Below, in pieces: positions 27,139 through 41,565 of a stretch of DNA of 64,000 nt. Origin of the DNA: Phoronis australis (lineage: Eukaryota > Animalia > Phoronida). The position numbers and the translations under genes were made by a program. The stretch is taken from NCBI GenBank assembly GCA_002633005.1, contig NMRA01000341.1:265474-329473 (forward strand), in the 5' to 3' direction. Position 1 is the first letter of the stretch. Each line of letters starts with the position of its first letter. The notes under the pieces were generated by a model. The model did not search any database. It saw nothing but the letters and a program-made list of their open reading frames with translations, and was not told where the DNA came from.

Positions 27139-29285
27139 TTAAGAGGCAATAAACTTGAGCCTTCTGCCAACGAATAACTTTTGCTTTAGGTCAATTACTG
27201 TTATAAATTTTATGTCACCCTTTTCCTTATTTAGATTAGAAATGATTTCGTGGTTTGGAAGAACCGACGGTTGGTTAGTTTCAGCCGTCAAACCAGTATA
27301 GCTGTCAAGGAAATTCCAAGCGTTTATTGCAGCCAATTTCAATTGAAGAAAAGAACAAGATCACGGTTGTGTTTTGGATGTGCAAGTACACCAATGAAGA
27401 AGATCGTTTTTGACACAAAATGGCGTATAGCGGTCCTAACGAACATTTTACGCCATGGTGATGAAATACAAGATGTCGCTGAGTAGATGGACATGGTGTT
27501 GTTTTCGTGACTACGAAGGAACAACAATATTAAAAATTGTTGTTTTCTAGTGAAAGTGGTCAAACGAAATTTTAAAACGACAGAGATATACAAGATATCT
27601 TTAAAATGCTACAGACAGTCTTGTGAGTGCTTCTATGCTGACGTCATTTAGACGAGTTAACGAATCACAGCTACTCTCAAACGTAAGGATGAGGGTCATT
27701 TCCGGTGGGAGAAATTTCACCTCGAACAGTGCTGATGTAACAAAACGGCCGATATTCTCCATTTTGTGAGCAGGCCAAGTGGAAGTGGAATTATCCTCCA
27801 AAACGTTCTCTTCGCCATCTTGTTTGACGACTTTACTACGTCGACAAAAAATGAAAATTGTGAACTTTAACAGTTTATTTCAGTTGATAATTACGCGAAT
27901 AGCCTCCTGTGTTTAGATTGAGTCAATCATAATAAGCAAAACATATGTGCTGACGATAGTCATCCACGTATCAAAATAGTTCGTCAACCACTTGAATGAT
28001 GATACCAAGCCATTGAAAGACTGTCAAACCGAACCTCATATGAATTCCACAATAATACAGTCTGTCAGTTTTAAAATAGTACAATTGGACATGTTCATCC
28101 GGTAGAAAGAAATAACCGTGAATATATTTTGGTACACAAATGGCGTCCGGGGAAATGACTCACACTCGTGCGAACGTGAAAAAATGAAATATACATTTTG
28201 TGCATGTTGGGCAACACGTTTAACTTGTTCGAGACTATTAGTCCCGTGAATGCTTGGCTGTTGCAATAGCACGTGAGTCAGCATAGTACATTTAGCAATA
28301 TCGAAACAAATGCGTGAGAACTGGAGGCCGTAAAGTGAATTATTGGTTGTGTAGAAATACATATCCAAGTACGTCCATACTTTATTAACTGCAATGCTCA
28401 AGGTGTTGACGTTTTCTGCAAGCCACGCCCAACGCATCCGGAAAATGACACGCAGCTTTGATTTCACCGTGATAACCTGAGCATTTTGGTAACGACAAAA
28501 ACTGATTGCAAAACATAGTCATGACTCCTAAAGACCATTGGCCTACGAAAGAAAAGTTTTGCAATTAAAGTCCCGTGGGCTTTCACTTATAGTAACTTCT
28601 GTTTTTAGAAATCTGAGGTGTATTCGTGTACCTGTATACGTACTGTAAATTTTAGGTGTGGAGTCTTCGATATTTAAGGTATGAAGCCGATAAAGTATTT
28701 TCCAAACGGGTAGGCAAGAGTGGGCTATGCATGCGCACTTCAAATTTCATTTACCTTCCAAAAATAATTCAAGCAAGTTCATTTCTTACAGAGTCAGTAT
28801 TCAGACAAAATCAGGTTTTGAAAAAAGTGCAAACATCAAAAAGATGATATTGCGCAGTAAAACAGAAAAAAATGGAGATTGTGGTTTTGTAATGCTGTCA
28901 AGTTATTTTTAAATACCGTTTTATTATCAGCTCCTGGGTGAGAATATTGATTAAAAATGTCTGCTGGCTTGTACGCGATGATTATGACCTCATTTACATT
29001 GACATTTGAAGAAGCTCTACGTTTCGTCTGACACGTTCTCCCCGGAACTTAGTATGTATGGGCCATAAAGGTGGGCAAGGTTTCCACATCTAATTAGTAC
29101 TTGACGCAGTTTGAGAAGAAAAATGCAAACAAAACGATAAAGGATACGCTACTTTTTCTAAGTATCGTGTGTATCATTTCCGGTGTATAAGGATAGGTTT
29201 GGTTTTTCACGACTCTTCAAATACGTGTTTGTGTATAACTTTTATATTGAACAGGATGAATTTCATGTCCTGTGACAATGTCATC

Positions 29286-29580
29286 GTAATGACGTTGGCG
29301 ATAATGATGATAATGGCTATAATGATGGTGATGATGATGACGGTAACTTTGATACCAATACTAATGCTGATACAAATAATGATAATAACAACACTAATAA
29401 CAATAATAGTAATGATAAGTGGTATTGATAATAATCATACTACTACTACTAATGATAATAATAATGATAATGACAGTGAAGATGACGACGACTATGTCGA
29501 TGACAATGATAATAATAATTATAGCAATGATGATGACGATGATGATAATAATATTGGTAGTAATAACAATAGTAATAATG
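29286..29580. repeat. Degenerate (GAT/AAT)n microsatellite
   Basis: Direct reading; explains the low-complexity ORFs at 29169-29783. Confidence 0.9.
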
Positions 29581-30301
29581 ACGTGTTGTATTGTGGTGTA
29601 TTGCCATGCTGATGATAATTTTGCCAGTTCATTGCTGACGGTGATGCAATACATTTCGGGTGGTATAGGTGGCTGGGAAGATGCTGATTGCAGAAAACAA
29701 GTAGCCGTGCAGTGCTCTACATAACATACCGTTGGTTGACCTAAAGCTGGACTAGTAATAACCAGTGTGTGACGCTGAACCATTTACTTTGATGTTCTTT
29801 TGCTTCCCTGTACAAACAGGACTATGAAACGAAAAACATAAAACAGTAAGAAAACATTATCTATATCTAAGAATGTAAGGAATTGCTGCTTAGCTGTAAA
29901 CAATCATCCAGTCAAAAATCAAAATTTACATACGCCTGACTCAGTATTACATGTTTCGACAGACAAGGCAAGTTATTCAGAAGAGCCACTAGTCGTCCAG
30001 TCCTAAGTTCTAAGTGTTTATGGCAGTGGATTAAGAGAGCTTATCGTTGGGATATTTTCGAGATGACTGTTGTGAAACTATTTAGCGAAAATGCGCAGAA
30101 AATAGACCGACATGCAAAATATAACTTTTGTGTTGGCGTTTAAGCTCCTTAGACGCGATTTAAAACACTCCCCGGTGCATTGAGCTATATATTATATTTA
30201 GATGTCATTATACACTCTCTTCGCTGTTTGATAAAGCAATCTTTAGATTTAGAAAAACACTATTTAGTGTTCAAACGTAAACGTGGCAAATCCACTAAAC
30301 T

Positions 30302-30470
30302 TATACAAAAGACATCAGATGTCAAATTACTTATGCTACAGACCATTCGTGGTTATATAACAAAAGACATCAGATGTCAAATTACTTATGCTACAGACCA
30401 TTCATGGTTATATAACAAAAGACATCAGATGTCAAATTACTTATGCTACAGACCATTCATGGTTTTATAA
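30302..30470. repeat. 55-bp tandem repeat, 3 copies
   Basis: acaaaagacatcagatgtcaaattacttatgctacagaccattcatggttatata. Confidence 0.95.
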
Positions 30471-31297
30471 CACAGCTCATCACGGTCGGTTTTGAGAAAA
30501 GTTGACGAAATTTCGATCAATCAAAAGATAAAGATTTCATCATCAAAGCGACATCAAACTAAACCCATTTGTTTGCATAATGAAGTATTCACTTGAGTTC
30601 AGTTATGTTTTTTTCAATAAAAACACACATGAGATAATAGAAAGGTGTACAGGTGTGTACAATTGACAGGACATTGCGTTAACAGACTTACTGGAGTAAG
30701 TTAAAGCGATATCTCATTTATTAGACTAAACACTGGAAACGGAAATCCTTATCCACCCTGAAAAGTTCATAATCAAAGAGAAATAAAATCTGCTCAACTG
30801 GACTAGGCACTTACTAAGATACTTGGAAAAACAATGTAAGTCTCGCTCACGACCTCGGTACATTTCATAAATCACTATAATTTATATCCGTGGGTTATAT
30901 TTATTTAACACTTTCTTAGAGGCCCGCTGGTGTGCTTGACTCGTACCGGGACCAGTGCAGATGCACCGGCGAAAACTGTTGAAGTCATTAACGTCTCAGG
31001 ACGACTGTTAGATGCAGTGAAGGCTTATTAGCACTCAAACAGGTGCCTCGTTATTAATGATTTGTTGTGGTAATATTTATTATTTTGTTATTACAGATGG
31101 TATAAATCACACGAGTTCTCTGTGAATTTGTCGTGAGTCAGTTTCATTTGTTACTCTTGATGACAGCGCTACGGATAACAAATTGACGGGCCTGGGTCAA
31201 AGGTCAGTTTGGAAGTGTAGGAGGAGGCACTGACTTCCGGGTAACCCGGAGTTTAGATAAGCGAAGGCATTAATATGTTGACATAACAGCACGTGAC

Positions 31298-32108
31298 CTC
31301 AGATCCAATTTCAAGTGTCAAATTCGGAACACGGCGCAATCGTAACGGAAGTATGGCTAAGTATAGGCTCTCCCGCGATATCTCAGGCGAGCGGCAGTGG
31401 CGCTGGGCACTACGACTCTGTTTCCTTCGTCTGCTCCATTGTGCAATGAAGAAAATTACTTCATTTTTTAAAGAAAATAGAATCTTTGTGATGATGAAAA
31501 AACAGAAGCTGCTGGTAAGATGTCAATTTTAATCGAAGCCTCAGTGAATCACTTAGAAACTCATAATGCTCTCTTTGTCAAACCTTAACTTAAGACGATT
31601 TCCAAAGCAATCGCGTCATTATCGCCAACACTAAAAACGGAATTGGTCTTTTGGGCAATTGAAGACTGTTTTAAATACAACAAATTTTTTACGAACTGAT
31701 TGCACAAAATATAAAACATGTAATAAGCATTACAAAAAGAAGGTTTCGCGCGCAAACGCTGTGGACCATGAACAAGTAGGTCTCTTAGAATCAAAATAGG
31801 AGTTAAATCGTGGTGGTGCATCGGTAAAGCACGCGCGCGCTATCCGACAGGTCGTGAGTTCGAGTCTGTGGTAAATGCAGTTTTTCAAGTTTGACACTTT
31901 CTCCGTTTTTTTTTGCTTTTTACTCTTGGAGAATACTTCGGAAATTAAGGAAAATGCTTGATTTTTAGAGGAAAAAACACAAAAATTTCCTGAGCGAGAG
32001 GGGGATTTGCCCCCCATTCGGTGCTATGCGCACCTACAATCTGCTTTGAGCAAATGTTTACAGACAAAATGTTGGGGTCCCCCTTGTGATATCCTAGATT
32101 CGCCACTG
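31298..32108 (-). mobile_element. ~0.95-kb family copy 2, truncated at one end
   Basis: Reverse complement of ~14363-15187; ends ctagattcgccactg. Confidence 0.9.
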
Positions 32109-33528
32109 ACCTAATATGAGCTTCCCCCGTCGTCATGTTTCACATTTATTTTCGCCGCTATGATCGCCAGGAGCGTCTGTCGTTCCAGTCGCAACCTTCC
32201 CTTGTGTTAGCTATGGACTGTGATTGCTTATCGTTTTTTTAGCAAATTACATGTTGATATGTTAATGGAGGTTGTCGAAAACTGATGTAACAATATGAAT
32301 AATGGCATTTGAATCTTAGACAGTACTTTACATCTGAGTACATTTCCTTGTAGAAAGCCGGCACGATCACACCCACCTTTTTGGAGACATAACACGATTA
32401 AAAGAGACCCGGTATGGGTCATATCCTTTGTCGGGATCTTCCATGAATGTCACCGGCCAGTCGCAGTTAAATCATAGGGTATGAATTATAAACCCTTTAA
32501 AACGCTTATTTATTGCGTTAAAACTGAAAAAAAGTATTTTAACGCTGTCAAACATTACTTATTTAAGACTCGCAAAAAGTGATCTCTTGTAGACTTTCTG
32601 ACCCGTCGTATGCGAATCTGCCTGTCATCAACCCCGGAAATCTGGCGACACGTCAGACATACACTCAGGTAACATAAACAATTCATATATTTCTCAGTAT
32701 TCTACTGATGTGCGTTCCGTAACAGTCATCTGTTAATGCGAGATTCGTGCAGCCGATAGATCTTTCTTTTCCCTGAAAAAAATATAAAAACAGAAAAAAA
32801 CATCCGGCTGGGTACAACCAGAGTTTGCTGAGTATGTTTTTCTGTTGTGCACTCAACGTTTTGATATCATGAGACGGAAGGAACACGTCGTTAGATAATG
32901 CAAATTCCAATTAGCAACCTCTTTTTACAAGATTAAGTAAATTCAAGAAAGATTAAAACTTTTATGTCTCGTCAGCTTTTACCGCCAATTCCGTGCACAC
33001 GCTTAAAGTGAATACTTCAATTCAATAGTAAAGTAGTCTTTAAGAAAACATTACATATGGCATAAAATACGTGTGAAAGCTTCAGAAAGCTTTCATTAAT
33101 CAAGCGAACAAGTTTTCAACAAACAACATTCACATCAGTTCCACTCGGTGATGTTTGAGAAACCAACAACAAACAATTACAGCCCATAGCAACAGTGCCA
33201 TGGGAAGCTGGTAACGGGAACGACCCACGTTACTAGCGAACCTAGCGTCAAAACAAATACGCAATTACCGCCTTGCCACCCTACCTCGCGTGGTCACCAT
33301 TGATTTTCGAGCCAAATCTAGGTTCAAAATTTTTTAGCTAGCGCCCCTCCGGTCGTCACGATTTTCGGACCACTCCAGCCGCCGGACGCTTCGCTTTCAC
33401 CTCCTGCATGATCACCAGAATTTTCGAGCCACAGCCCACCGTCATCCACTCGCTTTGATGGCACCCGTCCACCGGCATAAGTGCCCGCTGCGGTTTTCAA
33501 TCGGCCCATGCTTTAAAGTGTCCCTGTT

Positions 33529-34662
33529 CAGTGGCGGATCTAGAATATCACAAGGGGGGGGGCCCAACATTTTGTCCGGCTGTAAACATTTGCGCAAACT
33601 GAACCACGATTGTAGATGCGCATAGCACCAAATGGGGGGGGGGGGTCCCGCCCAAGAAATTTTTCTGTTTTGACCTCTAAAAATCAATTATTTTCCTTGA
33701 TTTCTGAAGTATTAACCAAGAAAAAAGGCAAAAAAAAAATACGGAGAACGCGTCAAACAGGACAAACTGCAAGAACCAAATACTCGAACTCACGACCTTG
33801 CGCATAGAGCGCGCGTGCGTTACCACTACACCACCACGATTTAGCTACTAATCACTTGCTAAGAGACGTACTTGTTTAAGGTCCACAGCGTTTGCGCGCG
33901 AATCCTACTTCTTTTTATAATGCTTATTACACGTTTTGTGCCATCGATTCTTAACAAATTTGTCGTATTCAAAATAGTCTTAAAATGCCCAAAAGACCAA
34001 ATCCGTTATTCGTGTTGGCAATAATGACCGGGGATTGCTTTGGAAATCGTCTTAACATAAGGTTTGACAAAGAGAGTATTGCGAGTTTCTGAGTGATTCA
34101 CTAAGGCTTCTATTAAAATTCCCATCTTACCAGCAGCTTCTGTTTTTTCATCGTCACTCAGGTTCCATTTTCTTTAAAAAATGAAGTAAATTTTCTTCAT
34201 TGCACAGTGGAGCAGACGANNNNNNNNNNNNNNNNNNNNNNNNNNNNNNNNNNNNNNNNNNNNNNNNNNNNNNNNNNNNNNNNNNNNNNNNNNNNNNNNN
34301 NNNNNNNNNNNNNNNNNNNNNNNNNNNNNNNNNNNNNNNNNNNNNNNNNNNNNNNNNNNNNNNNNNNNNNNNNNNNNNNNNNNNNNNNNNNNNNNNNNNN
34401 NNNNNNNNNNNNNNNNNNNNNNNNNNNNNNNNNNNNNNNNNNNNNNNNNNNNNNNNNNNNNNNNNNNNNNNNNNNNNNNNNNNNNNNNNNNNNNNNNNNN
34501 NNNNNNNNNNNNNNNNNNNNNNNNNNNNNNNNNNNNNNNNNNNNNNNNNNNNNNNNNNNNNNNNNNNNNNNNNNNNNNNNNNNNNNNNNNNNNNNNNNNN
34601 NNNNNNNNNNNNNNGGGGGGGGGGCCCGGGCCCCCTGGGCCCCCCCCCTAAATCCGCCTATG
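33529..34662 (+). mobile_element. ~0.95-kb family copy 3, interrupted by an N-gap
   Basis: cagtggcggatctag ... taaatccgcctatg; flanks ctgtt / ctctt. Confidence 0.85.
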
Positions 34663-35210
34663 CTCTTATGCAACGCCATCTTTTCGGGGAACCATAGTTT
34701 TGATTCATGTTTTGGGATGGAACTCTTGATTTAGTTTTGAATACAGCGAGTAAGCGTTCGTAATTACAACCGATAAAACTTAGGACCGATTCACAGTCAT
34801 TGATTGCTTCAATGGGAAATTACACCGCCATTAACTGAGAATATTCCTCACCAGGTGGCGATATGGTCTCGTCCACGAGTTGACTCACCTAGACGTGCCA
34901 AACCACACGTCGTGAAAATCGAAGGACATTTCGTGAGTCCAAACAAAAATACTTCGACAAAGAGATAATTCACGAGGAAGGGAAGCAGCCTAAATGAAAT
35001 CCAATCATCAAAGGAAGAATGGTCACATGACATTACTTTGGTTGCCCTATATTACAAAATTATGTCATTTTTTATGTTTTTTATCTGAAAATACCGCATG
35101 TGGAGACAATCTAAACGGATCTATGTAAGATATTAGACGCCAGGCTTGGCTTACGAACTAAATGTCGTGTTTGAAGTTTTGCGATTTCGGCTTAATCTAA
35201 TTAGCGCTGC

Positions 35211-35268
35211 GTGGGTCTTAAATGTACATATAATGTTTTTAAACATTATATGTACATTTAAGACCCAC
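35211..35268. repeat. Perfect palindrome, 28-bp arms, 2-nt spacer
   Basis: gtgggtcttaaatgtacatataatgttt-tt-aaacattatatgtacatttaagacccac. Confidence 0.95.
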
Positions 35269-35951
35269 AAAAGTTCTCTTGACCCCACTTTGGTTCTGTG
35301 TTGCAATCGCATTTTTGACTGAAGAGTTTTCGATGAAAAACTAATACTGGAATATATGCATTTGTCGAGATCCCACTTAATAGCTCGTATTTTGCTCTTT
35401 ATTGATTCTGTACTGCGTTCATATGGTGCCCATCAAAAGGCAATGAGATCGAAAGTCTGATCCGTCATCTGAAAAAATTGCTTGTGAACGTTCGCCAAGC
35501 GCCTTACCTTCTTTCTCGTCTCCGCCTCCACCGGCAGATGGCGGAATTACCTTCTTACCGCGAGACCCTGATGGCTATCGAGCATGAGCCACTTCTGAAA
35601 TAATGAACGGTGCTGGCTCGGCCTTATTTTAAGCCTGTTTTTAGCCCTGTTTGGTTGACCAAAAACGCATTTCGAGTTCGTAACCGAAGAGCGAAAATCA
35701 ACAGCAGATCTACGACGTATGCACGCGAAACGGCCTTGGAAGAGAAAATTAATAAAATTGTTAAAATTAAGTTATTGGACAGAAAAGTAATTTTCTGAAA
35801 TCAACCCCAGCACGGTTTCCAACAGAAAACATTTGCAGTAAAGTCAACGACCTTGAATTCAGTGAATGTCTGGCAGATATGGGCGAGAATTGGTGATTTG
35901 TAATTAAAACAAAAAATACAATGGATGTCATTGTTTTATAACTCTGGTCAA

Positions 35952-37284
35952 AGCTAATAACTTATGTTAACTAATGTCACTTTTAGCAAAAATAAGGTTC
36001 GTTGATTATCACAGACACACTGTTCACTTAATGACAGCTTTTCGTAATTTGATTAATTTCTCGTCCTCTACTCCGGAAGTGACGTTTTGGGAGGCAAGAG
36101 TTTCGCGCCAATTTCTTTCCATTATAGTCTGACTATGAGGGCTGTTGAGTCACTCATTGTTCTACCGCAGTTGTGATAAGTTCGGTCGTCGTTTGCTTTT
36201 GCTAACAAGTCAGTCAACATGCCACGCTGTTGCTGCGTGCCGGGATGTAGTCATTATCGTCTCACACGCGCTTTGGGTACCTTGCGTCGCTTTCCGAAGG
36301 ATGACACACTTCGCCATACTTGGCTAGCTCGTTCATGTGAAGAGCTCAGAGCTAACCGTCCACGCAACGTACAAAGCAGTGGAGGGTTACCGAGTGTTTG
36401 GCAAGCATTTGCTGCCGTCAGATTACGACAGAGATATGTACGCTGAATTGATGAAGGTCCCTGCGAAACAACGCCTGAAGAAGGGTACCATACCGTCGCT
36501 GTTGATTCCCGGCAGTGCCCCGTCGCCAACCCCGAGAAGTGCGTTTTGGAAGCGAGAAGCCTCGCGAGCTGTGGCCACTATTTACAGTGACTGGAGGCAC
36601 TTCATCTACTCTCACCCATGCCTCCGAACGTACCCCATTGCGTGCAATTCCGGAAACTAGCAGTGATTCGCCCTGTGCTGTTGTCTTTAGCCCAGAGCCT
36701 GTAAGCAGCCCTGCAGTGATGTTGAGTAGTGGGAGTGAATACAGGCCCAGTTTGACACCCAGTGAAGAGGACAGTTCGTCATCCAATGAACAGATCGGTG
36801 AGCCTAAGTTTGATAAGTTTATTGTGGACTTGTATTGGAGCTATTTATAAGGTGTCAGGTGTGTGGCGAGGGAGTCACACGGCGGGATCTAAACAGCTTG
36901 GGTACTCAGATCACCCTCCAGTGGGACTGTGTCGCGGGACACTTTGACAAGTGGGACAGTTCTTCCTCTGTATGTGAGACGATAATGAGTATACCCCAGT
37001 ACGCAGCAACAGCGTGGCATGTTGACTGACTCGAAAGCAAAGGCAATCGACGACCGAACTTATCACAACCGAAGTAGAACAATGACTGACTCGACTGCTC
37101 TCACAGTCAGACTATATGAAAAGAAATTGGTGCGAAATTCTTGCCTCCCAAAACGTCACTTCCGGAGTAGACGACGAGTAATTAATTAAATTACAAAAAG
37201 CAGTAAATAAGTAAAAAATATGTCTGGGATAATCAACGAACCTCATTTTGCTAAAAATGACATGAAAAAAGGTTGCCTTCGCCT
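35952..37284. mobile_element. Internally deleted Kolobok-like DNA transposon with ~310-bp TIRs
   Basis: Inverted arms ~35952-36266 and 36973-37284; right end ...gccttcgcct-TTAA; contains THAP and CxxC..GT..C..H..W.SS coding remnants; left outer end degenerate. Confidence 0.75.
36219..36965 (+). pseudogene. Frameshifted THAP-domain transposon protein (N-terminal part)
   Basis: MPRCCCVPGC..RRFPKD..R..W, then in the next frame RVFGKHLLPSDYDRD..ELM..RLKKGTIPS (THAP C2CH plus AVPT-like motif); downstream KFIV..ELF.RCQVC..GTQITLQWDC.AGH..WDSS; truncated, no DDE core seen. Confidence 0.8.
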
Positions 37285-40200
37285 TTAAGAAAATTGTTGT
37301 TGACATCAGAACATTTTTTACAGCAGTTTATGGTTAAAGTATGTTAATACTGCCATGTTTGATTAAAACTAAAAGTTGTAACTTCTTCTATCCTCCAAAC
37401 ATTGCAGACCTACTTATGCAACATACTCTTCTACGGAATAAAGCCTAAAAATGCCAATATGTGCCAATTCTTTTTACTTTACAACAAAAAATGAGAATAT
37501 ATACTGAATATATACTGAACGAGTTTCAAAAAACTATTAAGTATATGTTGCCTGAATCCTCATGGAACTAAAATTTAAATTCATGCCTGTCAACCACAGG
37601 TGACTGCCATTTTTGTGAAAAGTGTAATTCGTACGGTCTACATACATGGAAACGTGAACAAAAGTTTGGGTTTGTCCTCAAACAGTGAAGATATCAATTA
37701 TTCAATTCCATTTTTAAAATAAATCGTAATTTTTGAGGGACACTATCGCCATTGTCCATATAAAAACTAGGGCATGCTTCCCTCGGTTGCACACCACTAA
37801 AAACTAGGAAAACACGTGCGAATCGACTTACGCACTGGAGATGTAGAGAAATCGATGTTCAAATCTGACGAACGCGTCGAAAATCAAGAGGCTTAAAAGT
37901 GACTGATAAGGATTTGACACGCAGGTGAAAACGATTGAAATTTTTCACATAAATAATGCGTTTAAAGAAATTTTACAAGGGCTTCAATGTACAATACAAA
38001 ACTGCACAATGATACAGCTTTGGAACAATATGGATAAAAAAACTGGCCAAATAAAAGCAGATACAAAATTATTATTATTAAATCTTCCCTTCTCCTTGAG
38101 TAAACTAAATTAGTTACCGGTGCTAAAAAGTGCTGTTCTGTCGTTATTTTGCTTTAATTTGTGGAGCGATAATATGCTTGTCTTTCACGCCTATGAAATA
38201 CAGCGTCAATAAATGGGAAATTTCGTCTACTTTAGTCAATTTTTCTTCGTTCATCTTTGTTTATAGGCCTACTGAGTTTTCGCACACCAGTGCCGACAGG
38301 TACAGTATACGCACTACGCTTCTGCATATGGGCAATTCTACACTTTCACTGTACGGCCTTCCAACCTTGCATGTTTAAGGGTTGGTTTAAAAACAAAAAC
38401 TACCTGGGAAGTGTGAGATTTTGAAGACTGTGTCACAGCGATCTCTAGCTAAATTGTGACGTTTTCAAGTCTTCATACAGCAGTTTTACTGGCTATCAAT
38501 AGAGAGGTTTTGCAAAGCGACGTGAACATGAATTATCACGCATACTTAATTGCGCGTACCAATTCACGTTACAGTAACAAAATGGGTTTCGCAACAACTA
38601 AATGTTTACATGAACGCAAAAGTAAACGTGAACTGAATAACTGAGCTCAGGGTGTCCAGTTATTGTAGGGCCTAGTACATTTCAGCTAGTTTACAAAAAA
38701 CAACTTAAAAGTCACTCTGCCAATGCAACTCCTTTTATGTGAAAAAGTCGTTTCTAAGAACTCCTACGAGAAATGGTCAACTCTTAGAATGCGAAATTTA
38801 TTTGCAGTTTAAAATAAATAGATGCATGTAAATTAAGCTTGTAAAAAATTTAACAACACAAAATTATATCTGTTAAAAATCCATTCTAGTTCGATGATAT
38901 CGAGCGAACCCCGAAAATCCTTATTTTGGAAAAGGTGCTTACTTGCAACTAAACTTCGAAAACATTTTTAGACAAAAAAATCGTGTTCATTTCTTTCTGA
39001 AGCAAAGAAGAAAGATTGAGAATCTTATCAAAATAGAAATCATTTCGATGTCTTACCAAATAAGAATTAAAAAAGGGCCACAGATTTCGCGTTTAAAGCG
39101 ACGCGAATCTCTCTGCATTCGTGTAAAATACTCAAACACGATGGGCATTACGTCACAGCCAGCAATGACATGTATGACGCGGAAATTCACGTTCACGTCG
39201 CTTTGTGAGACCTCTCTATTATACAAGTGATTTTGTTAAATATGGCGCGATTTCGGCTCCGAACTAACGCGTCAAATAACAAAATTTGCCTAAGGATGGA
39301 CTGCTACCTGAATATTCTAATGCGGTAAAGTTGTTTTTTCTTGAAATAGGGAAAATGGATGGACTTATCTCTGTTAAAGTTGGTAATTTATTCACAAATT
39401 AAGCATATACATACACATATACAGGGTGTCACAAAACTGTTCGCAAACATATTCTAGTACTAGCAGCACGTGATTATTGAGATCTATTACAGGAATCTTT
39501 ATTGTTGTTGTGAGCAGTTACAAAAAGCGCCGCAGTTAACTTTCAGTGTAAAGAAGAAAACGTTTCAAGTTCTACTAGCAACAGTGCTTGTTCCACAGAT
39601 CACGCCAAGTCTATAAAAGAGGCAGTTGATCCCACTGTCGCAAAAGGGCGGTCTAACGACACATTTCGAAAATGTCCGCTCAGGTGGTAAACACGGCATG
39701 TCAAGGGCATTTTAGGTCGTGTCCGTAGTCGAGGAGAGGAGAGGCTGAAACCCGCCTACGAATCCATTTGACATGAGAATGTAATTTTGGAATTTTGCTC
39801 ACTTCTGTGCCTTGCAAGAGACGTTGGGAGTCCTTGAAAACAAAAACTATCATTAGTTCCGTGTATAACCATTTTCTACTAGTCATATTTCAGGATATTT
39901 TTGTTGACACTTTCTAGAGACCCTATAAACGACTAACTTAAGGACAAAAGACTGAATCACATGAATGAATATTGTTTACAAACTGGGAACAGGCGCTAAC
40001 CCAGGCAGGGGTTACTGGGGATCTGATACCCCTGCTCAGCCACTTTTTATTTCTCATGTAGTTGAGGGGATTAACGTGCCTCTGTCCCAGGCTCTCGCCA
40101 TTTCCAGGCCAGACAGTGGTCGACACTCTGGGTGCACGCCTGATCAGCACGTGCGGGAAATCTTACATTCGTGGACGACAACACCGGTGAAAGCAGGCCA

Positions 40201-41189
40201 ATCAATTAAATTAATATTTACCAACTGCCGCACATTTCAGTGGCGTACTTGCTGCTATACCGGCGTGCTTGGCACCGCACAGTAAATTACTGAAAGGATG
40301 GCGAGTGCTAGACTGCCTTTGGCTGACTGAAATGTTTTATGACACAACATCCATTGGAACGGGGATGGTGAGTGGGAAAGCACCATGTGAAATTCACCCA
40401 ATTTGGAAAAACAGTTTGTACACCATCACAGTTGTTTAGATCACAATCACTCTGTTTAATACAATGTATGTTTTTCGCTCCAAGGGGTCTGCCAATAATT
40501 ACGAACACTCGAACACTTGAACACCGAAAAATCATTTGCTGAGTTCGACATTGAAAAAAATTCAGCAGAATTGCTCAATTGTTTGGCAATGAAAATCAGT
40601 AATTAAAAATCTAAATCTTTATGTAAACCTTGACGTGGTGAAAAGTTAATCTAATTCGTGTTCGGAATCAATATTCATAATTTGGTGTCTATGTTCAGCA
40701 ATCCAGCACATGTAAGCTGCAGTCACGTGCTCAGACATAGAAAATTACCGTTAATCGATTGCAAAGTGGGTTTGTTGGGCGCAGTGGTCACGCAAGAAGA
40801 AACAAAACATAACAATTGCACGTAGACCTGTGTAACAAAAAATGGACACATCCCCGTGATTAAAACGTGTCCGACTTTGGATTTGTGACCTTGTTGGACA
40901 ACTCAAACATTGTCACTTGCCAGACGGCATTTAGTAGTGTTCCCACACACGGAGCGATTTGACGGAGGAGGGGCATAACGCTGAAAGAGACTCGTCGACA
41001 TGCCTTTATAGGGCTTTTACGAACATTTGTCCCTTGAAAATTGTGATTGGCTTCCACGCGACATCTCACCCCATTACAAATGTACATCAGGTATACTAAG
41101 ACTACACATCAAAAGAAACCACGATTGGGTGCCAACCCACGTAAGGATTTGAGTAGGCTCCTTCTACGAACAGTATGGCAAGGATCGAT

Positions 41190-41544
41190 AATATGACACA
41201 CTGCAGCACACAAGTGACAAGGGATCACATGACACACTGCAGCACACAAGTGACAAGGGATCATATGACACACTACAGCACACACGTGACAAGGGATCAT
41301 ATGACGCACTGCAGCACACAAGTGACAAGGGATCATATGACGCACTGCAGCACACAAGTGACAAGGGATCATATGACGCACTGCAGCACACAAGTGACAA
41401 GGGATCATATGACGCACTACAGCACACAAGTGACAAGTGATCATATGACGCACTGCAGCACACAAGTGACAGGGGATCATATGACGCACTGCAGCACACA
41501 AGTGACAGGGGATCATATGACGCACTGCAGCACACAAGTGACAA
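41190..41544. repeat. 36-bp minisatellite, ~10 copies
   Basis: atatgacgcactgcagcacacaagtgacaagggatc; gives 12-aa periodic ORFs on both strands. Confidence 0.95.
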
Positions 41545-41565
41545 GAACAGTAGTTTTTAGACTCG

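Noticed and set aside
28036-28467. 143-aa ORF with a WSC-like YGLQFSRICF motif
   Set aside because: The other WSC cysteines are missing and the ORF has no ATG start.
29169-29783. Asp/Asn-rich and Ile-rich ORFs, with an SRCR-like tail GGWEDADCRKQVAVQCS
   Set aside because: The ORFs are microsatellite translations, and the SRCR resemblance is too short and lacks a splice context.
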